From an uncultured virus (IMG/VR IMGVR_UViG_3300008107_000058) (lineage: Duplodnaviria > Heunggongvirae > Uroviricota > Caudoviricetes), in IMG/VR virus record IMGVR_UViG_3300008107_000058: a DNA stretch of 64,000 nt; one strand, written 5' to 3'. Shown in pieces: positions 1 through 9,746 of this stretch. Position 1 is the stretch's first letter, and each line of letters starts with the position of its first letter. Made by a program: the position numbers and the translations under genes. The notes beneath the pieces were generated by a model. It was not told the origin of the DNA. It was given only the letters and a program-made list of their open reading frames with translations, and made no database searches.

Positions 1-1
1 G

Positions 2-580
2 TTTAACAATATCACAGCATATCTTATTCATTATGGATTTATCACTAAGTTCCGGAATGCATTATTAGCTGGTCAGAATTTAGGACAATTTGTCACTTCT
101 CTTTGTGATGAATTAGGATTAAATTCTTATGAGATGACTATCTCTGCTGAATCAGTTTCGACTTATGAATTGTATACAGCTGGGTTTACTCAAGATTGTT
201 ATTTTATACCATTTTCTAAAAAAGATTTTATATCTTCCTACTTTTCAAATATGACTCCTCAGTTGTCTGAGGTTGTTTTTGATCTTATGAAATCAACTGG
301 TAGATTGGTTCAGATTGGATCAGGCGGTGGTAAAGCATTTGTCCTTAAGCCTATTCAATTTAATCAAACTCACTTTGAATCACTTCCAGTCTTTAGTACT
401 CCAGAACAGCTTCTTGATATAGCTCAAGGCGCTATTGAATCTTTAAAGCTTCAGATTAAAGACGTTGATTATTATGTTGAAAAAATCGCTGAGAAAGATG
501 AGATCATAGCTCAATTAACTCAACACATTGTTGAGCTTAATAATAAAATTAATCAAGTTTACCAAACCACTTGGAGATAA
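2..580 (+). CDS. Partial hypothetical protein with C-terminal coiled coil (5'-truncated by window edge)
   Basis: Frame of ORF 134..580 is open back to position 2; heptad-like C-terminus. Confidence 0.6.
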   Translation, partial: FNNITAYLIHYGFITKFRNALLAGQNLGQFVTSLCDELGLNSYEMTISAESVSTYELYTAGFTQDCYFIPFSKKDFISSYFSNMTPQLSEVVFDLMKSTGRLVQIGSGGGKAFVLKPIQFNQTHFESLPVFSTPEQLLDIAQGAIESLKLQIKDVDYYVEKIAEKDEIIAQLTQHIVELNNKINQVYQTTWR

Positions 581-1353
581 TTGTGGACAATTATATTTAT
601 GCACCTATAGCTTCTTACCTAAAGAATAGTATTATTCTCACTTCTGGTTATCAAGCTATTTATAATGAAGAAGAAAGAATTCTTATTGAATTACTTTTTA
701 CTGCTCTTGATGCCAACATAGATCCTAGGGGAGTACTTACTAGTGCTGCTTCTAAAAAGATTTATGAGCTTTTAGGCATAGACCTTAATGATCTTTCTGC
801 ATTTGATTCTTCAAATGTAAATACTTCTAATTCTGATAATTCTCCTAAAGATATTCAGTTGAATACAAAGCAAATCTTTTGCTCTAGCTTTAGCAATAAC
901 AAGGATCTTTCAGACGCATACGAGTACGCTAATCCTGTATCACAGTACACCTGTTCTCACAATGATATAGTTGGTCACCTCTGCGTTGTTCCTAACCGTC
1001 AAGACCGTTGTCCTTTTTATACTGCTGACTTTCGTCACTTTGCAACTTATACATTAGTTCAAAATTCTCAAGTATATTTCAACATCTATCGTCATCGTGC
1101 TACTACTGGATTGACAGTTTATACGATCTATGATAACGACAATAATTTAATTCATAATCTGTCTTATGATGCAAGTACTGTGTACGATCACACAAAGAAA
1201 GATTTTAATTCTGAATTAGAGTCTATTGTTCTTCAGAATTATTCTTTTATAGACAAAGACGCTGAGTTCAATTATGTTTATCACAATCAAAAATCAGAAG
1301 TTATTCAAGATAACTCTAATTCTTATATAGCTACTTTGGTTTCCATTTCTTAA
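571..1353 (+). CDS. Hypothetical protein
   Basis: 260-aa ORF, tightly packed with neighbours. Confidence 0.7.
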   Translation: MEIIVDNYIYAPIASYLKNSIILTSGYQAIYNEEERILIELLFTALDANIDPRGVLTSAASKKIYELLGIDLNDLSAFDSSNVNTSNSDNSPKDIQLNTKQIFCSSFSNNKDLSDAYEYANPVSQYTCSHNDIVGHLCVVPNRQDRCPFYTADFRHFATYTLVQNSQVYFNIYRHRATTGLTVYTIYDNDNNLIHNLSYDASTVYDHTKKDFNSELESIVLQNYSFIDKDAEFNYVYHNQKSEVIQDNSNSYIATLVSIS

Positions 1354-1363
1354 AAAGGTCCAT

Positions 1364-2743
1364 ATGCCACAATATACTTATACTCGTTTAGAAGATGATT
1401 TAATTTATAACCTTACCATTTCTCCTAAGACTGCTTATCTTAATTCTTTGTATTCTCCTTTGCAAAATCTATTGACTCAAAGGCACTATGCTAGTCCTGA
1501 GTTAACTAAGATGATTACGCTTGACAGGCGTGAATATGGCAACTATTTAAATTGGATTAATCAGTCCTCTATGTATCCATCTTTACATTCTGTTAATTTT
1601 AATGTTGCTCACAGTTCTTCTTATTTCAATGAGCTTTCTAGTCATTACAATGCAAAAGAATTTTCTTTCGATAAAGTCTTTCCCATCGCTGTTAGATATA
1701 CCGATAATAAAAACATATGGCTTATTGAAAGGCCTCCGTTTTTAGCTAATGTTACATTTAAAAACACAAGATCTTCTAGCGAAAACTCAGCACAAAAGCA
1801 GTATTCATTTTGGATGCCCTGGACTGTCATGTTATTGACAATGGTCCCAGAGCAATCTTATTATGAAGCTTGTCTTTTCTTTAACGACTCTCCTTTAAAC
1901 TCTCTTGAAGAAAATGCTATTCCATGTTTCTTTCCGAACATATACGGAGATGGCAGAATGTGCTTAAATCAAACTAGCACACTACTACAGCAGTACTTAT
2001 CTCAAACTAATTCTTTTGATCCTGCTACTATTTATAACTTTATCCTCAATGATTATATGACAGGTGGATGGAACACTGATTTAGGAATTCAAGTTTTTGA
2101 TAGAATATCTAATATTTCACAAACTGCTTCAAAAGCAAGAAGAACCATGATTCATGGTGATCCTACCAATAAGAAGAAATACCCATCTGGCGCTACTCCA
2201 AGTGGAAGAATCTCTCAGAGAAAGTATATTCCTAACTTTTTAAATTACTTCTCTCATTCTTCTTTAGAGGAAATAACTTCTGTTATTTCTGAAGTGAAAG
2301 AAAAATCTTCTCCAGGTTATACCACTTATCAAAAGCTTATAGATAAATACACTGCTCAAGCTGCAAATTTTCAACTCTATACAAGTCCTTTTGTTGGTAA
2401 CAACACTTCTTATTCTATAAATATATCTCAAGATCTTTTTATAGATCCCGTTATTGATCAACGTCTTTTGGCTTGTCAAAGCGATTCACAATTAAATTCA
2501 TTTTCTTATGAAGAATCTATATGCGAATCATTATTTAATTTCTTAAAAACCAACTTCTCTTCTAATATTTCTTCTTTGCTTCAAGATTCAACTTATAACT
2601 TTTATGATATTTCTTCTCCTAATCTATATCTTGATATGGTTGAAGATTCTCATCAATTTTATCTTTTAGATCCTAAAGTTCAAGACGAAACTTTCTTTGA
2701 CTTAAAATTCCCTATTCCTACTTCGGAAGTTTCAAATGTCTAA
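1364..2743 (+). CDS. Prokaryotic E2 family D-like protein
   Basis: ERPP...PW...PCFFPNIYGDGRMC motif resembling Prok-E2_D. Confidence 0.5.
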   Translation: MPQYTYTRLEDDLIYNLTISPKTAYLNSLYSPLQNLLTQRHYASPELTKMITLDRREYGNYLNWINQSSMYPSLHSVNFNVAHSSSYFNELSSHYNAKEFSFDKVFPIAVRYTDNKNIWLIERPPFLANVTFKNTRSSSENSAQKQYSFWMPWTVMLLTMVPEQSYYEACLFFNDSPLNSLEENAIPCFFPNIYGDGRMCLNQTSTLLQQYLSQTNSFDPATIYNFILNDYMTGGWNTDLGIQVFDRISNISQTASKARRTMIHGDPTNKKKYPSGATPSGRISQRKYIPNFLNYFSHSSLEEITSVISEVKEKSSPGYTTYQKLIDKYTAQAANFQLYTSPFVGNNTSYSINISQDLFIDPVIDQRLLACQSDSQLNSFSYEESICESLFNFLKTNFSSNISSLLQDSTYNFYDISSPNLYLDMVEDSHQFYLLDPKVQDETFFDLKFPIPTSEVSNV

Positions 2744-3842
2744 TATTACTTATTTTAATAGAAAAAACGATCGTTATCATTTCTCTGGTCCTAGAGAAGT
2801 ATCTTCAATCTCTATAGAAGATAGGTTTGGAAATAAAGCTTATTCTTCTGGTCTTAATGATAATTTATATTCTAACTTTTTAAACACAAACTTTGATGTT
2901 TCTGTTAATTCTGGTTTAATGCCTCCAGGGGTAAGAGCTATTTATCCTGGCATTGTTGTATTTGAGCGTCCACCAAGAATGCAGATTGTTCAATATATTC
3001 CTATGAGCATTGATGGAATTGTTGAGTATGAGTCAGAGGTAGATGAGTACCCCGAACCTGAATCTTATTATATTCCAATTCCATGGCAAATATATATAGC
3101 TTCTTATTCTACTACTAATGGTCAAATGCTACTTAATGGTGTTAAGATGTTCTTTTCTAAAGAACCCCTTACTCATCCAAATGTTCAGCTTTATTTACCT
3201 TATCTTTTAAATTTCTTTACAAACGGAAACTTGTGCCCTCCTCATTTTGATGATAGCGATGAAATATATAGGTATCCTAAAGATGTTTCTGGCATTGTAG
3301 CTTCTGCGTATGATTGGGTTTGGAATACCGGATTTAATCAAGACTTGGTAGATGGTGTTATGACTAATGTCAACCATCTCAAATTAAATCCAGTAGTTCG
3401 TGCTGTTCACGAAAATCCTTCTCATGATCTTATTGATTCATTTTATAAAAGATTGTCTGAATACACTCCAGAAGATATTATTTCTTTTGACTGGATTTCT
3501 CCTTCTTATACAACATATTACGATACCAGTACAGAAATTTATTATCTTTACACTTTATCTTCTCTTCAAAATTTATATATTGAACAGAATGACGTTGAAT
3601 TAGGCGAATATGATTTTTCTGATGTTGTTTCTACTACAGATTTTTGTGAGTGGTTAGGCAATCACTACACTATCAAGAAGACTTATTCTGATATAATGAA
3701 TTCTGTTCTTTTTGATACCGAAAACAAAACTGAAAGAACGTCTAATCATAGGCTTTCCTTTAATAATGCTAATCGTACTTTCCCTGAACAAGACATGTTT
3801 CTTTCGATGATGTTGGCTTATGTAAGCCGACTTCCTAATTAG
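2736..3842 (+). CDS. Prokaryotic E2 family D-like protein, paralog of upstream gene
   Basis: ERPP...IPWQ...LYLPYLLNFFTNGNLC...WNTGFNQDL parallels the upstream ORF. Confidence 0.5.
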   Translation: MSNITYFNRKNDRYHFSGPREVSSISIEDRFGNKAYSSGLNDNLYSNFLNTNFDVSVNSGLMPPGVRAIYPGIVVFERPPRMQIVQYIPMSIDGIVEYESEVDEYPEPESYYIPIPWQIYIASYSTTNGQMLLNGVKMFFSKEPLTHPNVQLYLPYLLNFFTNGNLCPPHFDDSDEIYRYPKDVSGIVASAYDWVWNTGFNQDLVDGVMTNVNHLKLNPVVRAVHENPSHDLIDSFYKRLSEYTPEDIISFDWISPSYTTYYDTSTEIYYLYTLSSLQNLYIEQNDVELGEYDFSDVVSTTDFCEWLGNHYTIKKTYSDIMNSVLFDTENKTERTSNHRLSFNNANRTFPEQDMFLSMMLAYVSRLPN

Positions 3843-3865
3843 CTTGACTATCTTCTTTTTATGTG

Positions 3866-3873
3866 TTACTATA
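3866..3873 (+). promoter_or_regulatory. TTACTATA motif (putative phage-sigma promoter)
   Basis: Same octamer recurs about 30-40 nt upstream of many gene starts. Confidence 0.45.
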
Positions 3874-3912
3874 TAAATATATATAAACATTTAAAAAGGT
3901 GTATAATTTAAC

Positions 3913-4209
3913 ATGCAATCCAAAAAGCTTTCTGAACCAATTTTTACAAGATCAGAGTTAGCTCAGATTCTAAATGTTTCTCCTCTTACCATAGCTAATA
4001 GAGAAAAAAGCAAGAAGTATCCCAACCCAAAAAGAGATTTGAATAAATACAGAATTTATACTTTAAATGATGTTTTAAATCTTCAACTTTTAACTTATTC
4101 TTACATAGACCCAAAACCTATTATATCTATCCTTTATGATAAAGGATATAAAGACTCTAAGGTTCTTGGCGAAATGATAGATCAAGCTTTATCAAAGAGA
4201 GTTTCATGA
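3913..4209 (+). CDS. MerR-like HTH DNA-binding protein
   Basis: TRSELAQILNVSPLTIANRE...PKRDLNKYRIYT pattern. Confidence 0.7.
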   Translation: MQSKKLSEPIFTRSELAQILNVSPLTIANREKSKKYPNPKRDLNKYRIYTLNDVLNLQLLTYSYIDPKPIISILYDKGYKDSKVLGEMIDQALSKRVS

Positions 4210-4451
4210 CAGAAAAAGACAATCCTGAACTGGTAGAATCAGTAAATGATTATGTTTCTACCGACGTAATCTCGGACTTAAAGTCCGGAATATATAATTT
4301 GTTTGTTAGTCTTGTAGACTATTACACATTAGACTACGGCCCCTCTCAAGGGGCAGACGAAGCATGCAAATACCTAGAGAGACTAATCGCTACTGTGCGA
4401 GAAGTTCTTGATAACCCTACAACACTAAATGACTATATGGAGAATAAATAA
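4206..4451 (+). CDS. Hypothetical protein
   Basis: ORF with ATGA overlap. Confidence 0.6.
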   Translation: MTEKDNPELVESVNDYVSTDVISDLKSGIYNLFVSLVDYYTLDYGPSQGADEACKYLERLIATVREVLDNPTTLNDYMENK

Positions 4452-4452
4452 A

Positions 4453-4875
4453 ATGTTAGATCCCAAAAATGTTATCAACCTCACAGCTGGTGTGGTTGCT
4501 GACCCAGAAATTATTAATGACAAAATTGCAAAGTTCCGCGTAGCTGTTGAATATGCTGGATCCGAAAAGGGTGCTCAGTCAACTGCAGGTTACTTTGACA
4601 TTACTTACTACCTTAAAGACAGTGATGGTTTTGTCAACAAGAATGCTTCATTCATTCACGGCCAGATTACTGGTGGCAAAATGAAGAAGGGTTCTCAGAT
4701 TTCTATCATTGGACGCTTGCTTCAAGAGCGTTGGCAGCAAGACAATCAGAACCGCTCTAAGGTTGTTGTTATTGCTGAGCACATTGCTTATGCAGCTTCT
4801 TCTTCTCCGAAGTCTTCAGACTCCTCAAAGTCTGAAACAACTTCTTCCAACACTTCTGTTCCAGAAGAGTTCTGA
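4453..4875 (+). CDS. ssb: Single-stranded DNA-binding protein
   Basis: KKGSQISIIGRLLQERWQQD..RSKVVVIAE OB-fold motif; acidic tail PEEF. Confidence 0.9.
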   Translation: MLDPKNVINLTAGVVADPEIINDKIAKFRVAVEYAGSEKGAQSTAGYFDITYYLKDSDGFVNKNASFIHGQITGGKMKKGSQISIIGRLLQERWQQDNQNRSKVVVIAEHIAYAASSSPKSSDSSKSETTSSNTSVPEEF

Positions 4876-5642
4876 TGGAAGAGTTTTCACAGGAAGATCT
4901 TGATTCTTTAATTAACGAAGCTCTTTCTGGCGAAAACTCAAAGTTAGTTCCTAAAAATGGTCTTAAGTTAGGCCTTCATGAAACTAACATGTTGTCTCAT
5001 ATGCATGAGACATTTTCCAAGCATATTCCCAATGAGAGACTTGTTTCTTTGTTTCAGGATGTTAGAAATGATATCTTGACTTCAAAGAACAGTCTTTCGT
5101 TGAAGGACCTTCATACGGTAACTAAAAACTGTAAGAAGTGTCCTAATGTTATGGATTCATCAGAGCTTCCCAGATGGAATTCTCAAAACCCAGATGTCTT
5201 ATTCATTGTTGACAATCCTAGAATAGAAAAAGAATCTGCAGACTTATTTGTTTCTACAATGAAATCTGCTGGATTTGAATCTTCAAAAGTTTGTTTAACA
5301 TATGTTACAAGATGTTCCTTAAATAGGAAGCCTGAAAATTCCGAAGCAATCAACTGCGCTCCGTATCTTCATTCAGAGATACAGCTACTTAATCCAAAGC
5401 TAATAGTTACCTTAGGCTTGTTGCCACTATCAGTTACACTTAATGCTGATGTTCAACTTAAGCAGTATAGAGGTTCTATATCTTGGATTGGATACTGGCC
5501 TATATTATCAACATATTCTCCAATATATTGTATCAAACAAGGTGGACAGTATTCAGAGCAGTTTGCTGCAGACATTCAACAGGCTTACGATTTTTGCTAT
5601 GCTAAGGCAGACAATAATGATTCAAAATACAAATATAGTTAA
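4875..5642 (+). CDS. Uracil-DNA glycosylase family 4-like protein
   Basis: CKKC...TYVTRC..NRKP..EAINCAPYL.SEIQLLNPKLIVTLG; catalytic motifs diverged. Confidence 0.8.
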   Translation: MEEFSQEDLDSLINEALSGENSKLVPKNGLKLGLHETNMLSHMHETFSKHIPNERLVSLFQDVRNDILTSKNSLSLKDLHTVTKNCKKCPNVMDSSELPRWNSQNPDVLFIVDNPRIEKESADLFVSTMKSAGFESSKVCLTYVTRCSLNRKPENSEAINCAPYLHSEIQLLNPKLIVTLGLLPLSVTLNADVQLKQYRGSISWIGYWPILSTYSPIYCIKQGGQYSEQFAADIQQAYDFCYAKADNNDSKYKYS

Positions 5643-5973
5643 TATAGATTATATAGACAGATTAAAAGATGTTGTCATTAGAGACATAAAGAATGAAGCT
5701 TCTCAACAAGAGAAGGACATGCTTGAAGACAATGTTGACATGTGGCTGTATAATCTTAGAGTAATTAGAAGAGATGTAGAATTTCAACTTAGCTCTAATA
5801 AAGCCAAGAATAAAATCAAGGCTTTAGAAATGAAAGAAATGGGAGCTTCAACTGCTGATGTTGAATCTTTTATTACTAAACAAAACAAGTGGCGTATCAA
5901 CACAATTAAGTTTCTTACCTCAATTGAGCGCAAGATGCTTTACGTCAAAATGATTAATAATCCATTGGACTAA
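5617..5973 (+). CDS. Hypothetical protein
   Basis: ORF; start moved to ATG 5617 to avoid a long overlap. Confidence 0.6.
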   Translation: MIQNTNIVNIDYIDRLKDVVIRDIKNEASQQEKDMLEDNVDMWLYNLRVIRRDVEFQLSSNKAKNKIKALEMKEMGASTADVESFITKQNKWRINTIKFLTSIERKMLYVKMINNPLD

Positions 5974-5974
5974 A

Positions 5975-6394
5975 ATGATTACTCTATTGCAGAAGACTAC
6001 TATTCTTGAACCTTCTATGGATGAAGAAGACTCTCATTTTTTTCTTCAGAATATTATGAAAAAGAATTGGAATTCTTACTCTTCTAAGAATATTTCAATA
6101 GAAGAAGTAACTTCTGCAATAGACTCATTTGTTTTACTTCATGCTTTAGTGGATCTTCCAGATAAACTTGGCATAACATTTTGGACACCAAAGCCAATTG
6201 GAGTTTTTAGATATGTTATGGATAACAATTTATCTTGGCATCAGATTCTTGAATTTAATCCTTTTGATGGATACTTAGTTCAAGGCGCATATTGGAGTAA
6301 TGGCTTTTATTATATAGTTTCTTATGAAGATTTTATCTTAGAGGCAAACCTTTATGTTGATGATCGAACAAAAGAGCAGTATAATTACGCTTAA
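5975..6394 (+). CDS. Hypothetical protein
   Basis: 139-aa ORF. Confidence 0.65.
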   Translation: MITLLQKTTILEPSMDEEDSHFFLQNIMKKNWNSYSSKNISIEEVTSAIDSFVLLHALVDLPDKLGITFWTPKPIGVFRYVMDNNLSWHQILEFNPFDGYLVQGAYWSNGFYYIVSYEDFILEANLYVDDRTKEQYNYA

Positions 6395-6397
6395 TAA

Positions 6398-6471
6398 GCC
6401 CCTGTAGCTCAGCTGGACAGAGCATCGGACTTCTAATCCGCAGGTCGTATGTTCGAATCATACCGGGGGCG
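6398..6471 (+). tRNA. tRNA-Arg(TCT)
   Basis: Cloverleaf: GCCCCTG/CGGGGGC acceptor, loop CT-TCT-AA, T loop TTCGAAT; no encoded CCA. Confidence 0.95.
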
Positions 6472-6475
6472 CTCT

Positions 6476-6691
6476 ATGAAATATAAAGTAATAGCTTATT
6501 TAGATGAGCAAAAATATAAATCTTGCAAAGGTATGGACCCCAATCTTTGGCCAAGGCTTAAAGATAAAGTTTACACTCTTAATACTTGGCCCACGAAAGA
6601 ATGGGCAGAATGGTCAGCTAAACAACATAGAGAATATCAGTTCTCTAACTTAGATACATCCACCGTAGAGATAGTTGAAATACATGATTGA
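6476..6691 (+). CDS. Hypothetical protein
   Basis: ORF starting just after the tRNA. Confidence 0.55.
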   Translation: MKYKVIAYLDEQKYKSCKGMDPNLWPRLKDKVYTLNTWPTKEWAEWSAKQHREYQFSNLDTSTVEIVEIHD

Positions 6692-7041
6692 TCAAGAGAA
6701 AACAATGCAAAAATATACAGCTGTTATCACTGTAACTATAGATGAATTTGAAGCTCAAAACCAAGATCATGAGCGAGACATTGTACAGATTTTTATAAAC
6801 AGAATATTAGATGCCAGAATTTGCGAATCTTCTGATATTCAAATACAAGTCGATACTTTTATCAAGGAAGAAATTGAATCATGATAAATGAACCAGAGCA
6901 AAATCAAGAACCTGCAGAAGAAGAAAAGTCTTTTGCTGAAAGAGTTACTGAATCAGTAAACTGGGTTGTTGATATGATGAACTCAGGTAAAGCAAATCCT
7001 AAAGATGTTTATCCCCCAGGAAGATATCACGGAGACTAGTC

Positions 7042-7236
7042 GTGACTGATGACATTGTGACTCGACTACGGGTAACAACAGTTGCAGACAGTTCTCATAA
7101 AATTTATGCAACGATGACTGAAGCTGCAGATGAGATTGAACGCCTACGAGCACAACTTCAATTGGCACATTCTCAAATCGCTAAAATAGCAACAGCAAAA
7201 GTTGAAGAGCAGCCAGCACTAAAGACTGAAGATTAA
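7042..7236 (+). CDS. Small phage protein (MTDDIVTRLR...EAADEIERLR type)
   Basis: Recurrent small phage ORF signature. Confidence 0.65.
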   Translation: MTDDIVTRLRVTTVADSSHKIYATMTEAADEIERLRAQLQLAHSQIAKIATAKVEEQPALKTED

Positions 7237-7245
7237 TAAAGAACG

Positions 7246-7359
7246 TCAGCGAACTCCTATTTGTCGCTGAACAGGACACACATGCCAACGCGTTAGTGAG
7301 ACCTTATCCCATGAATAGGCTGCGAGATAAGCATGCGAAACGGTTTCTGCATTGTGTCC
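7246..7359 (+). ncRNA. Candidate structured RNA directly upstream of tRNA-Ser
   Basis: Hairpin TCAGCGA/TCGCTGA, then nested stems GGACACA-ATGC/GCAT-TGTGTCC, GAGACC/GGTTTC, TTATC/GATAA; GC-rich and ORF-free. Confidence 0.5.
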
Positions 7360-7363
7360 GCTC

Positions 7364-7450
7364 GGAACGGTGGCTGAGTGGCCGAAAGCAACGGTTTGCT
7401 AAACCGTCAGGGCGTTAAAACCCTCGGAGGTTCGAATCCTCCTCGTTCCG
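7364..7450 (+). tRNA. tRNA-Ser(GCT)
   Basis: Cloverleaf with long variable arm, ACGGT-TT-GCT-AA-ACCGT, discriminator G. Confidence 0.95.
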
Positions 7451-7485
7451 CAACTATCCACAAATTGAAAGATGATATTCAGATT

Positions 7486-7749
7486 ATGGAAAACTTTTCA
7501 AAAATTCAATTTTATAAGTTTATTGATAGTTCTGTTTTGCACTCTTGTGCATGGTCAGATGATCAAGAAGCTTTAATTATAATGTTTAATACTGGTGCCG
7601 TCTGGTTGTATGCAGACGCTACAATTGAACATTTTAATAATCTTAAAAAAGCTCAGTCTGCTGGAAAGTATTTTAATACAAATATAAGAAATACTTTACA
7701 TGGCAGTCTAATATTTAAAAAGGGTCTCAATCTTGTCCAAGAAGCGTAA
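7486..7749 (+). CDS. KTSC-domain protein
   Basis: DSS.L...L.I.FNTGAVWLY...LKKAQSAGKYFNTNIR. Confidence 0.85.
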   Translation: MENFSKIQFYKFIDSSVLHSCAWSDDQEALIIMFNTGAVWLYADATIEHFNNLKKAQSAGKYFNTNIRNTLHGSLIFKKGLNLVQEA

Positions 7750-7951
7750 AAAAAATCGCAAAGGCAAAAGAGACTACTATTATGATTCTAGGTATAGTAC
7801 TTCTACGCCAATTTTTAAAACTGTCAAATCTGAAGATATTCACAATATAGCCTATTTAGTTTTTGGCTCTTTATATTATAATCCTTCTGATAATTGATAA
7901 TTGTCAAAACATCCTGTATAATGTTTTTAGTTATACAACATTGAGGATGTC

Positions 7952-8560
7952 ATGACCACAATTATTGGAATACAAGGTTCAGATTATGCACTTGTCTGTA
8001 GCGACTCTAGAATCTCTACAATGGACGAAGGTGGATTTGCTTCTCAAATCACTACTCTTGGAAGCAATTCGGCTAAGATAGCTGAAAATGGAAAATACCT
8101 ATTGGGTGCAGCCGGCGATATGAGAGCTATTAATATACTTCATCATGCCTTTCAGCCACCTCCAGTACCTCCAAATACCTCCTCAAAAAAGCTTGATAAC
8201 TTTATAACAACAAAGTTTGTACCTTCTTTAAGAGAGTGTTTTGAAAAACAAGGGTATGCTTCTCCTGAGAATGATTCAGCTACTCACATAGCTCAACACG
8301 GATCTACTATTATGACAGTGGTCTGTGGCACTATATATGTTGTAGATGGTGATTATTCGTGGACCTCAGATATCAATGGACTGTATGCCCTGGGAACTGG
8401 CAGCTCATATGCTCTTGGTGCCCTTCAGGCTTTGAGTTCATCTAAAGAGATGACAGCAACTCAAGCTAAACGAGTTGCTCTTAAAGCTATTACTATAGCT
8501 TCTAAATTTGATCCGTATACCGGTTTACCTTTTCATACATATATCCAAGAAAAATCGTAA
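7952..8560 (+). CDS. Proteasome-beta/HslV-like Ntn hydrolase
   Basis: N-terminal MTTIIG, DSR, GAAG, ALGTGSSYALGAL, D.YTG motifs. Confidence 0.85.
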   Translation: MTTIIGIQGSDYALVCSDSRISTMDEGGFASQITTLGSNSAKIAENGKYLLGAAGDMRAINILHHAFQPPPVPPNTSSKKLDNFITTKFVPSLRECFEKQGYASPENDSATHIAQHGSTIMTVVCGTIYVVDGDYSWTSDINGLYALGTGSSYALGALQALSSSKEMTATQAKRVALKAITIASKFDPYTGLPFHTYIQEKS

Positions 8561-8581
8561 CAAGAACAGGAGGGTGTTTAA

Positions 8582-8899
8582 GTGGAGTTAGAAGTTCTTA
8601 CCTGCATTCAATGCTCTTCTACTTGGAATAGACAAAAGACTAGAGGTAGAAAGCCAAAACTTTGTCCATCTTGTGTTTTAACTTTAGAAAAAATAGAAGA
8701 TGAACAAGAAGAAGACATTGAAGAAACTCCTATTTTACAAGAAGAACCACCTCCTGCAAAAACCAAATACAAACCTGGAAGCAAGTGGAAGTGTACATCT
8801 TGTGGAGTATCTATTAAGATAGGTATTGGTATTGATTTACCACCAACACATCGTTGTCAGAAAAGATTGAAAAAGGTTTTACCACTAGAACTTCAGTAG
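8582..8899 (+). CDS. Zn-ribbon protein
   Basis: CxxC...RGRKPKLCPSC and CTSC...HRC. Confidence 0.65.
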   Translation: MELEVLTCIQCSSTWNRQKTRGRKPKLCPSCVLTLEKIEDEQEEDIEETPILQEEPPPAKTKYKPGSKWKCTSCGVSIKIGIGIDLPPTHRCQKRLKKVLPLELQ

Positions 8900-9040
8900 T
8901 CTATTATTTCTTAATTATTAACTTGTAACATTTAAAAAGAAAGATAGACAAATGCCAAATGTATGTATACAACTACTCGTTGCAATTTTAGAAATTGCTT
9001 TTATCTTCTTTAAATCATTTACTTCCCGGGAGGTTCTCGC

Positions 9041-9664
9041 GTGATAGTTTATCCTATTTGGGAAACTACTCCTTCGCCACAATTAGAGGCAGAAGTAAAA
9101 CCTAAGAAGAAGAAAAAGAAAATAATTTCTGTTAAACCACAAGTTCAACAATATGAACAGTTACCTCTATTTATAGATGATTACGCTAATAATCAAATAA
9201 AGGGAGAGATTGATTTAGCTAAAATTAATCTTGATAGCGTTCTTCAAAAACTATCAAAAAAGATTTCTGAACTTGATATAAATAAAATATATGATCCAAA
9301 TGGAAAAATACCTTTTCCTAAGATTGATTTAAATGAACACCTTTCTAAATATAAATCTTTAAATACTTTTAATAATTCTATTTACCTAGAAGCTTTTAAT
9401 AAAGCTAATAACATATCTTCTACTACAGGGTCTACTACTGTTACGGTAGAAGTCACTAAAGACCAACTTCCTCCTGCTCTTTTTGAGCTTCCTAACGGCG
9501 GTCTAGCTAATAGTCAAGTTGCTGAGATGTTTGGTCTTCCATTAGACAAGTTATTGTCTATATCAGTTTCAGTCGTAAATGATAATCCTCTTCACGATTT
9601 CGACGATCCTATTTATAAAGTCGATATTGAACGAACTGTTTCTAAAATAGAGGACTTCTTCTGA
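9041..9664 (+). CDS. Hypothetical protein
   Basis: 207-aa ORF with upstream GGAGG. Confidence 0.65.
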   Translation: MIVYPIWETTPSPQLEAEVKPKKKKKKIISVKPQVQQYEQLPLFIDDYANNQIKGEIDLAKINLDSVLQKLSKKISELDINKIYDPNGKIPFPKIDLNEHLSKYKSLNTFNNSIYLEAFNKANNISSTTGSTTVTVEVTKDQLPPALFELPNGGLANSQVAEMFGLPLDKLLSISVSVVNDNPLHDFDDPIYKVDIERTVSKIEDFF

Positions 9665-9691
9665 TATAATATAAAAACTAGAGTAGAACAA

Positions 9692-9728
9692 CCCTAGGGC
9701 ACATTTGTCCTAGGGCTACTATTTTTTT
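9692..9728 (+). terminator. Intrinsic terminator-like hairpin
   Basis: CCCTAGGGCA-catt-TGTCCTAGGG followed by a T run. Confidence 0.6.
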
Positions 9729-9746
9729 AAAAAGCCAGGAGAAAAT

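Noticed and set aside
7069..7072. In-frame CGG-G in ORF 7042..7236 as another recoding site
   Set aside because: The triplet frame continues to the expected EAADEIERLR motif, so it reads as ordinary Arg
7378..7485. ORF-track N-terminal extensions running through tRNA genes (also 6449-6475 and 13292-13336)
   Set aside because: They overlap tRNAs; downstream ATGs give sensible starts
8952..9044. In-frame CGG-G in a 30-codon ORF before 9041
   Set aside because: It overlaps the GGAGG RBS of the next gene, the triplet frame ends in a normal GTGA overlap, and the ORF itself is doubtful
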